Part shown: positions 1 through 8,724 of the stretch, piece by piece
How the letters are laid out: the number at the start of each line of letters is the position of its first letter
How positions within the stretch are numbered: position 1 is the first letter of the stretch
Assembly: GCA_026129095.1 (NCBI GenBank)
Contig: JAHCIT010000008.1
Coordinates: 133,021-197,020 of the forward strand
DNA: 64,000 bases
Reading direction: 5' to 3'
Source of the DNA: Deltaproteobacteria bacterium
GTDB taxonomy: Bacteria > JAGRBM01 > JAHCIT01
Program-made: the position numbers and the translations under genes
Notes under the pieces: generated by a model
What the model was told of the DNA's origin: nothing
Seen by the model: only the letters and a program-made list of their open reading frames with translations
The model's database searches: none

Positions 1-1
1 C

Positions 2-808
2 TACTCGCTCACGGTCAAGGAGATCGAAAAGCGGCTGACGCCAAAGACGGCAGGCGTCGTGATCGTCCACATCGGCGGCTTCGTGACTCCGCACATCAAC
101 GAGATTGCCGATTTCTGCAAGAGCAAGGGTATCTGGCTGTTCGAGGACGCGGCCCACGCCCACGGTTCATCCTACAAGGGAAAAAAGGCGGGTGCCTTCG
201 GCCGGGCGTCGAGTTTCTCGTTCTACCCGACCAAGGTGATGACCAGCGGCGAGGGCGGCATCATCGCCACCGATGACGAGCACGTCTACAATGAGGCGCT
301 CATCTACCGCGACCAGGGGAAGGCCAGCTTCACCGTCAATGCCCACACGCGCCTTGGCTATAACTGGCGCATGTCGGAGATCCACGCCGTCATCGGCCTC
401 AAGCAGATGGACCGGCTGGAGTTCATGATCTCCGAGCGCCAGCGCGCCGCCCGGGCCTATGATGCGGCCTTCCGGAATGACCCGCTGGCGCGGCCCATGC
501 TTACGCCGGATGGCGGAACCGCGAACTACTACAAGTACCTGCTCATCCCGGCGCGGCCGCTCAAGGACCGAAAGGCGATGAAGATGGCCGTGCGTGAGAA
601 GTTCAACGTCGGCCTCACTGGCGAGGTTTACGAGGAACCGCTCCACAAACAGCCTGTCTTCAAGAACCTGGACAGGGGGAACTACCCGGTAGCCGACGAG
701 GGCTGCGCCCGGCACATCTGCCTGCCGCTGTTCCCCGGCATCACCGACGAGATGATCCAGCGGACCATCGAAGGTGTGAAGTGGGGTCTGAAGGAGTTCT
801 CGTCCTAA
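2..808 (+). CDS. DegT/DnrJ/EryC1/StrS family PLP-dependent sugar aminotransferase (5'-truncated by window edge)
   Basis: Frame open from nt 2 (YSLTVKEIEKRLTPKTAGVVIVHIGG); motifs EDAAHAHG, SFSFYPTKVMTSGEGG (PLP lysine), GYNWRMSE, ICLPLFP. Confidence 0.92.
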   Translation, partial: YSLTVKEIEKRLTPKTAGVVIVHIGGFVTPHINEIADFCKSKGIWLFEDAAHAHGSSYKGKKAGAFGRASSFSFYPTKVMTSGEGGIIATDDEHVYNEALIYRDQGKASFTVNAHTRLGYNWRMSEIHAVIGLKQMDRLEFMISERQRAARAYDAAFRNDPLARPMLTPDGGTANYYKYLLIPARPLKDRKAMKMAVREKFNVGLTGEVYEEPLHKQPVFKNLDRGNYPVADEGCARHICLPLFPGITDEMIQRTIEGVKWGLKEFSS

Positions 809-820
809 GAGGCGAAACCG

Positions 821-1900
821 TCAGAGCCCGAGTTCCTTTTCGAGGGCGTCCTGTTCGTCGCGGAACTTCTTCTGCTCCTCGCCGCTCTTGATGGGCGGCG
901 GAGTAGCCTTCTCCTTCAGGGATTGCTCCGCCAAACGGGCGGCTTTCTCCGCATCTGCTTCGCGGCCTGAAAGGCTGTAGAACCGGGCGGCGACAGATGC
1001 CTCTCCCGTTTTCATGGCCGCGTCGCCAAGTTCCCCGGCCCGCTTCCGCAGCTTTTCCGCCTTCTTCTCCGCGCCTGAAAACCGGTAGTACATGAGCGCG
1101 TGCTGGATGGGATCGGGATGATCCGCACCGGCGGCGATCGAATCCCCCCGCTGGTCGGCCCTCCCCGTCACCTGCGAAATCCGCCGGTCAGCGAACAGTT
1201 CCCACCAGCGGCGGGCATCCTCCAGCGCCTTCAGCGACCGGTCTTCCCGCGTCCCGCCCGCGCCGATCCCCGGCTTCTGGAACTCCGTTTCCTCCCGGGC
1301 GAGAGCCGCCTCGCCGCGGGTTGCCGCCAGCTTCCGGAGTTCTTCCAGATAGTCTGCCGGCGGACGGTACGAATCGACAGGCTGCGCCGTCCGGCTTTCC
1401 AGATGGTTCTTCAGGTTCCGCACGTCCTCGACCGTGCTCGCGTATTTCCGCATGTATTCCATCCGGACCCGGTCCTCATCCGCCCAGTTCCGCGAGGCGG
1501 TATACCAGGCCACCGCCCCGGACTGCGGATGAAGGGAAAGCCGCTCGCCGTCCTCGCAGTCAGGCACTGCGGGGTCATTACGTCCGGTTACCCGTTTGCA
1601 TTCGGCATCGGCCCGGCGGCTGAACAGGTCCGCTCCGGTCATCAGCCGCCCGGCCTTTTCCGCGTCCTGCCCGATCCGCTTGCCCACCCGGCGCAGGCCG
1701 GCGGCGGCCACCGGCGAGCACATCTCGCCGGAGCGGAACCAGAGGAAGGCAGTAGCGAGCTTGCCAGTCCGTTCCGCCTCGGTACCGCTTCGCACGAGCG
1801 CGTCCCAGTTGCCGCCTCCGCAGGGGTCATCGGCCCGTGCCGGCCCGTGCGCCGGGCCTGCAACCAGGGCTGCCAATAGCAAGGTGTGCCGTATCTTCAT
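821..1900 (-). CDS. Hypothetical secreted helical protein (359 aa)
   Basis: Long ORF with signal peptide MKIRHTLLLAALVAGPAHGPARA; Ala/Glu/Arg-rich, several Cys; co-oriented with upstream gene. Confidence 0.75.
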   Translation of the reverse strand: MKIRHTLLLAALVAGPAHGPARADDPCGGGNWDALVRSGTEAERTGKLATAFLWFRSGEMCSPVAAAGLRRVGKRIGQDAEKAGRLMTGADLFSRRADAECKRVTGRNDPAVPDCEDGERLSLHPQSGAVAWYTASRNWADEDRVRMEYMRKYASTVEDVRNLKNHLESRTAQPVDSYRPPADYLEELRKLAATRGEAALAREETEFQKPGIGAGGTREDRSLKALEDARRWWELFADRRISQVTGRADQRGDSIAAGADHPDPIQHALMYYRFSGAEKKAEKLRKRAGELGDAAMKTGEASVAARFYSLSGREADAEKAARLAEQSLKEKATPPPIKSGEEQKKFRDEQDALEKELGL

Positions 1901-1918
1901 CGCTCTGTCTCCTGAGGC

Positions 1919-2734
1919 CTACTGGCCCGCCTGCTCCATCTGCTTGCGGATCATCTCCTGCATTTCCGGGGGCAGGTTTTCGAAACCGGGCGGCATCTGC
2001 CCGGACGCGGGCGGCTGGCTGTAGGGGGATTCCGGCGGCATCCGCTTTTCACGGCCGCCGCGCTTCTGGGCCGGATCGGCTCCGCCTTCAGCGGGTTTTG
2101 CTGATGGCCTCGCCCCCGGCTGCCCGCCCGTCATGCCGGGAAAAGAGGGCATCTTCTGGTAGCCGGGCGGTATCTCGAACAGGGAGTCTGGCTGCGGGCC
2201 CACTTTCAGGTTCTTCAGTTCACGCCTGAACCGGTGTTTCTTGTCCTTGTCCACGGCGATGGCGTCGATCTTGAGGAGAATCCCCTCCTTCTTCGTCATC
2301 CACATGAAGCCGCCCATCTTCGTGCCGTCCTTCCGGTGGGTCATGACAACCTTGGACTTCTTCGTGGGTATACCGTCGATCGTCTCCTCGCCAGCGTCGG
2401 TCCACTCGACCTGGTAGTCGTCCATCCCGTCCGGGGAGCTTTCCGCCGTACCGAAGGCATGCTCCATGTACATCCGCTGGTCGGGGATCAGCATCCAGGT
2501 GACCTGCCTGTCCCTCCGCATGATGGATATCTGGCTGGAGCCGCTGACCGACATCTCCATGCGGGATTTCTGGCCTGACTCGTAGACCCGGCCCTGGATC
2601 GACATCTGTTCGGTTTCCATGACCTGATCGGCCGAGTAGCTCGCTGCCGGCTTCGGAAACCCTTGGGCGTCCGCCGGTCCCGCCACCATGAGCACGCAAA
2701 CCGCCGCGCCCAGCAGCACCATCTGGATCTTCAT
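1919..2734 (-). CDS. Secreted DUF4412-like protein with Pro/Gln-rich C-terminal tail
   Basis: Start MKIQMVLL after GGAGA; signal peptide; SRMEM...IMRRD...WMLIPDQRMYME, GEETIDG, QPDSLFEIPPGY pattern. Confidence 0.75.
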   Translation of the reverse strand: MKIQMVLLGAAVCVLMVAGPADAQGFPKPAASYSADQVMETEQMSIQGRVYESGQKSRMEMSVSGSSQISIMRRDRQVTWMLIPDQRMYMEHAFGTAESSPDGMDDYQVEWTDAGEETIDGIPTKKSKVVMTHRKDGTKMGGFMWMTKKEGILLKIDAIAVDKDKKHRFRRELKNLKVGPQPDSLFEIPPGYQKMPSFPGMTGGQPGARPSAKPAEGGADPAQKRGGREKRMPPESPYSQPPASGQMPPGFENLPPEMQEMIRKQMEQAGQ

Positions 2735-2828
2735 ACCGTTATCTCCCCCATGCGGCTCGCTTGCCACGTTCATGCAGGGGAAGCCTAGGCGACCGCCGGG
2801 CGGCGGGAAAGGAGAGAGGGGCAAAGGT

Positions 2829-2918
2829 TGGTGCCCCGGCCCGGACTCGAACCGGGACGGCCGGGTTAGGGCCTGCGGATTTTAAGTCCGCTGCGTATAC
2901 CAGTTTCGCCACCGGGGC
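2829..2918 (-). tRNA. tRNA-Leu (anticodon TAA)
   Basis: Reverse complement GCCCCGGTGGCGAAACTGGTATACGCAGCGGA-CTTAAAA-TCCGC...GGTTCGAGTCCGGGCCGGGGCACCA: acceptor stem, D-loop GG, long variable arm, TTC loop, encoded CCA. Confidence 0.96.
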
Positions 2919-3060
2919 ATCGGGTGAGTAGTAGCCGGAATGGCGCAATTGGGGAAGGTTGCCGTCTGCGTCATCATCCGGTTAGGGTGGCCGGAACCGG
3001 AACAACACTGGCTGGCGGCCTTCTCCAAAAGGGCGCGCCGGCAATTCGCAGGAGGATTGG

Positions 3061-3396
3061 GTGCTGCGCAACACGCCAGATGGACTATTATTTGCCAGGA
3101 TCATGCTCGTCGTGATGGTTTTCGAGTTCCTGGTGCTTTTCGACATGCGGCCCGCCACCAACGAGTTCAAGAGCATCGGGACGACCGTCTTTTTCGGCTA
3201 CCTGCTCATGGCCGCGCTCGTGCAACTCATCGGGCTCCTGCTGGTGAAGGCGGGGCACTACAAGGCGGGCGGCGCCCTGCAGATCATCGCCAGCGCGGGG
3301 CATATTATCGACCTGATCGGTATCATCGGGATCTATGGCGGGCTGAAGGCCTACCGGTTCACGGAGGCCGGAGAGGCCGCTCCATCGGCGGCCTGA
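3061..3396 (+). CDS. Small multi-pass membrane protein
   Basis: GGAGGA upstream of GTG; three to four hydrophobic segments. Confidence 0.65.
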   Translation: MLRNTPDGLLFARIMLVVMVFEFLVLFDMRPATNEFKSIGTTVFFGYLLMAALVQLIGLLLVKAGHYKAGGALQIIASAGHIIDLIGIIGIYGGLKAYRFTEAGEAAPSAA

Positions 3397-3445
3397 ACAC
3401 CCCGCCCCATCAGACTGCACGGGCCTGACGGTCAATCAGGGGCTC

Positions 3446-4501
3446 TCAGGAAATCTCCCGTCCTTCCGGCAGGAGCGCCTCGACACGGATAATGTCCCCC
3501 TGGGCGAGAAAAAACGCCCCGATGGCACCGATGGCGGCCGGGACCGCAAGCACGGCCGCCAGCAGCACGGTCAGGGCCGACTCCACCGGGCCCGGGGCGT
3601 CCGCGCCCGGTGTCGAGCGGATGAGGACATGCAGGCGGTTCGGCCGCCGGGTGACGAGCGACATCAGCGACTGCAGGAAGCAGAAGAACGAATACTCGAC
3701 CGAGAAGTTGGCGAGGATTCGCACCCTGAAACCCATCTTCTCCAGCATCGCCGCGAGCGACTTTTGCGTGAAATGCACCAGATGGCGGGGCGGGTCCAGG
3801 TGCCACCACCAGCGGCCGAACAGGCCGCGCTGGAGGCGGCAGTAGTTGGGCACCTCGATCACCATCCGTCCGCCGGGCCTGAGATGCCGGGCGAGCTTGC
3901 GCACCGTGGCCCTGGGATCTGACAGGTGCTCCAGAACGTGAAACAGGGTGATGAGATCGAACCTCGCCCCCCCGAGCTGCTCGATGGCGTCCGGTCCGTG
4001 GAGCACGTCCACGCCGTACTCGGCCTTGACCAGCGCCGCCGACTGCTCGGAGAACTCTACGCCCCTCGCCTCCCAGCCGTTCTCGCGGAATGACCCGAGC
4101 ATGACGCCACGCCCGCAGCCGAAGTCGAGCACCGAGGGCAGTTCGCTACTCCCCCTGCTGTTCCGGCGGGCTTCCGTCCCGATGCGGTCAAACAGCACAT
4201 GGAACCGCCAGCGGCGGAAGGCATCCGACAGCCGCTGGAACACTCCCCGGTATTTCTGCTGTCTGCTACCGTAGTAGTCGCCGGGGTAGTAGTGGGCGAG
4301 CGGATGCGGCAGCGAGGCGGTATCAATGAACCGTGAACCGCACGCGCCGCAGGCGTAGAGGCGGAACCGGTCCGGGCTCGTGAGCCAGGCATCCTGCTCG
4401 CGGACTTCCGTCTCGAACCGGCCCTCGCCACCGCACACCGGGCAACGAAGGGCGGCGGTTTCAGGACCGGACGTCTGGCGTTTGGACAAGGCGGGAGTCA
4501 C
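3446..4501 (-). CDS. Class I SAM-dependent methyltransferase with N-terminal Cys pairs
   Basis: CPVC...CGAC; VLDFGCGRG motif I; FDLITLFHVLEHL; IEVPN; HLVHFT. Confidence 0.9.
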   Translation of the reverse strand: MTPALSKRQTSGPETAALRCPVCGGEGRFETEVREQDAWLTSPDRFRLYACGACGSRFIDTASLPHPLAHYYPGDYYGSRQQKYRGVFQRLSDAFRRWRFHVLFDRIGTEARRNSRGSSELPSVLDFGCGRGVMLGSFRENGWEARGVEFSEQSAALVKAEYGVDVLHGPDAIEQLGGARFDLITLFHVLEHLSDPRATVRKLARHLRPGGRMVIEVPNYCRLQRGLFGRWWWHLDPPRHLVHFTQKSLAAMLEKMGFRVRILANFSVEYSFFCFLQSLMSLVTRRPNRLHVLIRSTPGADAPGPVESALTVLLAAVLAVPAAIGAIGAFFLAQGDIIRVEALLPEGREIS

Positions 4502-4518
4502 CGTTCAGCAGGATATTG

Positions 4519-6948
4519 ATGCGGACTGACGTTAAATCATCCCCCGGCACCCCGCAACGGCTCGCCCGCCTCGCCGCCGTTCCGGCCGCCATCCTGGGCT
4601 GGAACATCCTCTTCTTCAGCCAGATCTGGAACGGCGCGGGTGCGTTCTGGTTCCGCGACACGGTCATCAGCTTCCTGCCGCTTCGCCTCTACCTGCGCGA
4701 GCGGCTCCTTTCCGGCGAGTGGCCCCTCTGGACACAAGCCGTGAAGGCCGGGATGCCGTTCTGGGCCGACCCGGTGAATGGTGTGCTCTACCCGCTGCAT
4801 ATGGTCCTCGTTGCCCTAGACGATCCCGTTCATGCCTATGGACTTCTCGTCGCCGGACATTACGCGCTCGCCCACGGCGGCTTTTACGTCTGGCTCCGGG
4901 GGCTGGGACGGAGCCGCACAGCCGCATTCATGTCCGCGCTCGCCGTCGCCCACGGCGGCGCATTCCTGCAGAAGCACGAAAACCTCCAGTTCCTCTACTG
5001 CTGGTCGTGGCTCGGCTGGTACCTGGCGACGGCAGGATTTTTCCTGAAAAACCCGTCATGGCCGAGGTTCGCCCTCTCCGCCGCCGTCATGTGGAACCTC
5101 GTCACGAGCGGCGATATCCAGACGTTCTACCTCGCCAGCATCACGGGCGTGGCTCTGGCGCTATTAAAGACCGGCGGCGACGCCGCTCTCAGGATCCGAC
5201 GCGCCATCCAGACCGGCTGGGCCCCCGTGACGGCGGCGCTGCTCGCCGCGCCATGGCTCCTCACCGTGCATGAGCTTTCCGGCCGGACCCTGCGGGCCGC
5301 GCAGAACTCCTTCGAGTTCGCCGCCCAGTGGTCGTTCCACCCGTTCCGGTGGATCGAATGGCTCGCGCCGGGCGTGTTCGGCTTCACCTTCCAGGAACCG
5401 GGCTGGTGGGCGGGCGGCATCGCCCGTTCCGGCTGGCAGGGTTTTTACACGCCGTCGTCGTACTTCGGCGTGCTGCTGATCCCGCTGGCTGCACTGGGCC
5501 TGTGGCGCGGGCGGGGAGAGTTCCACGTCCGGTTCTGGGCAGCAGCGGGAGTTGCCGGGTATCTTTGGTCCTGCGGCGACTACCTGCCCTTCTACCGGAT
5601 TCTCTACGACTGGCTCCCCTTCTGGAGCCAGTTCCGGTTCCCTGAACGGCTTCTCCTGTGGGTGATGCTCGGCCTTGCCGTGCTGGCGGCGCGTGGCCTT
5701 GACGAGCTTTGGCAGTGTGGCATCCCCGGCCTGTGGCTGCTCCCGGCAGTGTGTGTGGCGGTTTCCGGGCTCCTTCGCCTTGCGGGCTATTCCACGCTGA
5801 ACCTCTCGCCCTGGATCAACGGCATTGCCGGAAAGGCAGCGGGCCCGGAGGCTTACAGCACCGTCACCCGTACGCTGGAATCGGCCTCCGCGGTCTGGCT
5901 CGCAGCCGCCGTCACGCTACTTCTGGCGATCCGGCTTCGACCGCCTTACGCGGCCGTCCTGCTTCTCCTTTTTACGACTGCTGAACTTTACGCTCTCAAC
6001 CGGCCCCTCGCACCGGTCCGGGATTCGGCCATCTACCGGGAGAAACCGGCCCTTCTCGCCCGGCTGGAGGCGGACTTCCCCGCGCTCGCCAGCGAGACAC
6101 CGGTCCCGGCCCGCATTTTCCCCAACAGCGAGAGCAGCCTCGTCCGGTGGGAGGGAAGCGAGACGGCCGATGTCTCGCGGCAGATGTGGAATCTTCTTTA
6201 CGGTAACGGCGTGATGGCGACACCCTACTCCACGCCGACGGGCTACAACTCCTCGGAACTGGCCACCATGTACAGGATGATCCGCTCGGCACACTGGCGA
6301 AACTACACGGCGCTGGTGGATGCGCCGGTCTGGGGAATCCTGTCCGGATCCGCCCGCCAAACCCCCGGCTGGAAGTGCGGCGAGGTGGATTCCGGAACCG
6401 GCATGGGCTGGTGTTCGGACGGAAATCGCCTCGGCCCGGTCCGATGTCCAACCGGGTGGGAAGTGCCGCCTTCACCGGAAGCGCTTCTGGACAGATACCG
6501 CCGGACCCGCTTCGCCAGCAGGCCGGAGTTTGCCCTGCTGGGTTCGTTCGATCCCCATGACCCCGCCCCGCCAGCAGCTGCCATTCCCGATCCGGCAGGC
6601 CAGTCTGCACCGGCAGCCACCGGTTCCGCCCTGCCTGCGAGCCGGTGCGAAGCGGTCCGGTGGAACGAGGACGCATGGACTCTGGCTATCGAGCGGGAAA
6701 CGGCGGGACCGGTCATCCTGCGCGACAACTACTATCCGGGCTGGAATGCCTATCTGGACGGGGAAAGGCTGCCGGTCTTCACCGCCAACGGGGGGCAACT
6801 GGCAGTCTGGACCCCGCCCGGCAGCCACGAAATCAAACTCCGCTTTGAACCGCCACTCATCGACCTCGGTACCACGATCGCCGCCATCACCCTGGTGTTC
6901 AATCTGGGACTGTGGTGGTGGGGAAGAAGGGAAAACATCCTCCTTTGA
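4519..6948 (+). CDS. YfhO-like polytopic membrane protein (GT-C fold glycosyltransferase candidate)
   Basis: GEWPLW...GMPFWADP...LYP, FRFPER, C-terminal DNYYPGWNAYLDG...PPGSHEIKLRFEP; many TM segments. Confidence 0.82.
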   Translation: MRTDVKSSPGTPQRLARLAAVPAAILGWNILFFSQIWNGAGAFWFRDTVISFLPLRLYLRERLLSGEWPLWTQAVKAGMPFWADPVNGVLYPLHMVLVALDDPVHAYGLLVAGHYALAHGGFYVWLRGLGRSRTAAFMSALAVAHGGAFLQKHENLQFLYCWSWLGWYLATAGFFLKNPSWPRFALSAAVMWNLVTSGDIQTFYLASITGVALALLKTGGDAALRIRRAIQTGWAPVTAALLAAPWLLTVHELSGRTLRAAQNSFEFAAQWSFHPFRWIEWLAPGVFGFTFQEPGWWAGGIARSGWQGFYTPSSYFGVLLIPLAALGLWRGRGEFHVRFWAAAGVAGYLWSCGDYLPFYRILYDWLPFWSQFRFPERLLLWVMLGLAVLAARGLDELWQCGIPGLWLLPAVCVAVSGLLRLAGYSTLNLSPWINGIAGKAAGPEAYSTVTRTLESASAVWLAAAVTLLLAIRLRPPYAAVLLLLFTTAELYALNRPLAPVRDSAIYREKPALLARLEADFPALASETPVPARIFPNSESSLVRWEGSETADVSRQMWNLLYGNGVMATPYSTPTGYNSSELATMYRMIRSAHWRNYTALVDAPVWGILSGSARQTPGWKCGEVDSGTGMGWCSDGNRLGPVRCPTGWEVPPSPEALLDRYRRTRFASRPEFALLGSFDPHDPAPPAAAIPDPAGQSAPAATGSALPASRCEAVRWNEDAWTLAIERETAGPVILRDNYYPGWNAYLDGERLPVFTANGGQLAVWTPPGSHEIKLRFEPPLIDLGTTIAAITLVFNLGLWWWGRRENILL

Positions 6949-7039
6949 CGATTCCGCCCCGCCGGTCATACTTGCGCCTTTCCGGCGGAGCGGCTGCGGA
7001 GGCCAGCTCCGTGTGAAGGCGAAGGAGGCGGGAACCAGG

Positions 7040-7549
7040 ATGGCACGCAAGGCAGGCAAAAAGTCCGTGCAGCCGCTCGTCGCCGTTATCATGGGAAGCC
7101 GGAGCGATCTGGAGCATCTGGAGCCCGCCTGCGAACTGCTGGAAGCATTCGGCATCCCCTACGAAAAGAAGGTCGTCTCCGCCCACCGGACCCCGGACTG
7201 GCTCTTTGAATACGCCGAGTCAGCCGAAAAACGCGGGCTGATGGTGATTATCGCGGGCGCGGGCGGCGCGGCACACCTGCCCGGCATGGTGGCGTCCAAG
7301 ACGCTGGTCCCCGTGCTGGGCGTCCCGGTCCCGGCGACGCTCCTGAACGGGATGGACGCGCTCATGTCGATCGTGCAGATGCCGAAAGGGGTTCCCGTCG
7401 GCACACTCGCCATCGGAAAGCCGGGCGCCGGCAACGCCGCCATCCTCGCCACCGAGATCGTCGGCCTGAAATACCCCGAATACCGCGAAAGGCTGAGGAA
7501 GTGGCGGCGCTCCCGCACGGCCGAAGTGCTCAAGCAGCGCGACCTATGA
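7040..7549 (+). CDS. purE: N5-carboxyaminoimidazole ribonucleotide mutase
   Basis: VAVIMGSRSD, VVSAHRTPD, IIAGAGGAAHLPGM, SIVQMPKGVPVGT; start reassigned to MARKAG. Confidence 0.97.
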   Translation: MARKAGKKSVQPLVAVIMGSRSDLEHLEPACELLEAFGIPYEKKVVSAHRTPDWLFEYAESAEKRGLMVIIAGAGGAAHLPGMVASKTLVPVLGVPVPATLLNGMDALMSIVQMPKGVPVGTLAIGKPGAGNAAILATEIVGLKYPEYRERLRKWRRSRTAEVLKQRDL

Positions 7550-8685
7550 CCGCAACGATTCCTCCCGGCTCGATCATCGGAATCCTGGGCGGCGGACAGC
7601 TCGGCCGCATGACCTCGATGGCCGCCCGATCGCTGGGCTACCACCTGCACATCCTCGACCCCGACCCCAACTGCGCGGCGCGGTATGTCTCGGACCTGTG
7701 CGTGACGGCGCCTTTCGATGACGCTGTTTCGGCGGCCTATCTTGCCAGCAAGTGCCATGTGGTGACGCTGGAGATCGAAAAGATCGGCGCCGAGGCGTTG
7801 CAGGCGGTGAGCCGCCACACCCCGCTCCGCCCCGGCGCGGAAGTCCTCCATGTCATCCAGGACAGGGCCCGCCAGAAGAACTGGATCGCCGGAAAGGGGT
7901 TCCCGTCGGGACCGTTCCGGTGCGCCTCGTCGGCGATGGAGCTTGCCTCTGCCGTTCGGGATCTCGGCGGCGACTGCTTCGTGAAGTCCTGCACGGGCGG
8001 TTATGACGGCCGGAGCCAGGTGCGTGTGAAACAGGAGGCCGAGGTCGCCTCCGCGTGGGAAACGCTCGGCAGCGCACCCTGCGTCGTCGAAAAGGCACTC
8101 GACCTGGAAGCCGAGCTTTCCGTGCTGGTCGCCCGGCGGCCCGGCGGCGAAATCGCCGTCTACCCGCCCGCCCTCAATCATCACGAGAACCGCATTCTTG
8201 CCTGGTCGGTACTGCCCGGTCCTCTCCCCGAACGGACCAACACCGGGGCGGTAAAGATCGCCGCCGACCTTGCCGGCGCCCTGCAGGTCGAGGGACTGCT
8301 GGTCGTGGAGCTCTTTCTAACGAAAGACGGCAAAGTGCTGGTAAACGAACTTGCTCCCCGGCCCCACAACTCGTTTCACCAGACCGAGCGGGCGTGTGTC
8401 ACGAGCCAGTTTGAACAGCATGTGCGCGCCGTCTGTAATCTTCCTCTGGGGAGCGTCGAAGTGCTGCGCCCGGCGGCCATTGTGAATCTGCTCGGCGAGG
8501 TGTGGCTTGGTGAACGGCCTCCGGATTTCAACGCCGCTCTCTCCATCCCCGGTGTCCGCCTGCATCTTTACGGGAAGAGCAACCCCCGCAAGGGCCGCAA
8601 GATGGGCCACCTGTCGGCCATTGGCCCTACCCCCGGCGATGCCGTCAAGGCCGCGCAAGAAGCCTATAAGCGCCTGGCTGGATAG
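7546..8685 (+). CDS. purK: N5-carboxyaminoimidazole ribonucleotide synthase (ATP-grasp)
   Basis: IGILGGGQLGRM, GGYDGR, NELAPRPHNS, LYGK...GRKMGH; ATGA overlap with purE. Confidence 0.97.
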   Translation: MTATIPPGSIIGILGGGQLGRMTSMAARSLGYHLHILDPDPNCAARYVSDLCVTAPFDDAVSAAYLASKCHVVTLEIEKIGAEALQAVSRHTPLRPGAEVLHVIQDRARQKNWIAGKGFPSGPFRCASSAMELASAVRDLGGDCFVKSCTGGYDGRSQVRVKQEAEVASAWETLGSAPCVVEKALDLEAELSVLVARRPGGEIAVYPPALNHHENRILAWSVLPGPLPERTNTGAVKIAADLAGALQVEGLLVVELFLTKDGKVLVNELAPRPHNSFHQTERACVTSQFEQHVRAVCNLPLGSVEVLRPAAIVNLLGEVWLGERPPDFNAALSIPGVRLHLYGKSNPRKGRKMGHLSAIGPTPGDAVKAAQEAYKRLAG

Positions 8686-8724
8686 CTGTTTTCCCTGTCC
8701 CGTTGTTCCTTCCTTCCGTATAGA

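Noticed and set aside
821-2918. Possible genomic island integrated at tRNA-Leu
   Set aside because: No integrase, no visible duplicate of the tRNA 3' end and no compositional shift.
6320-7039. 409-aa ORF suggesting a long N-terminal extension on PurE
   Set aside because: The extension overlaps the YfhO-like gene in another frame and has no protein-like composition; PurE homology starts near ATG 7040.
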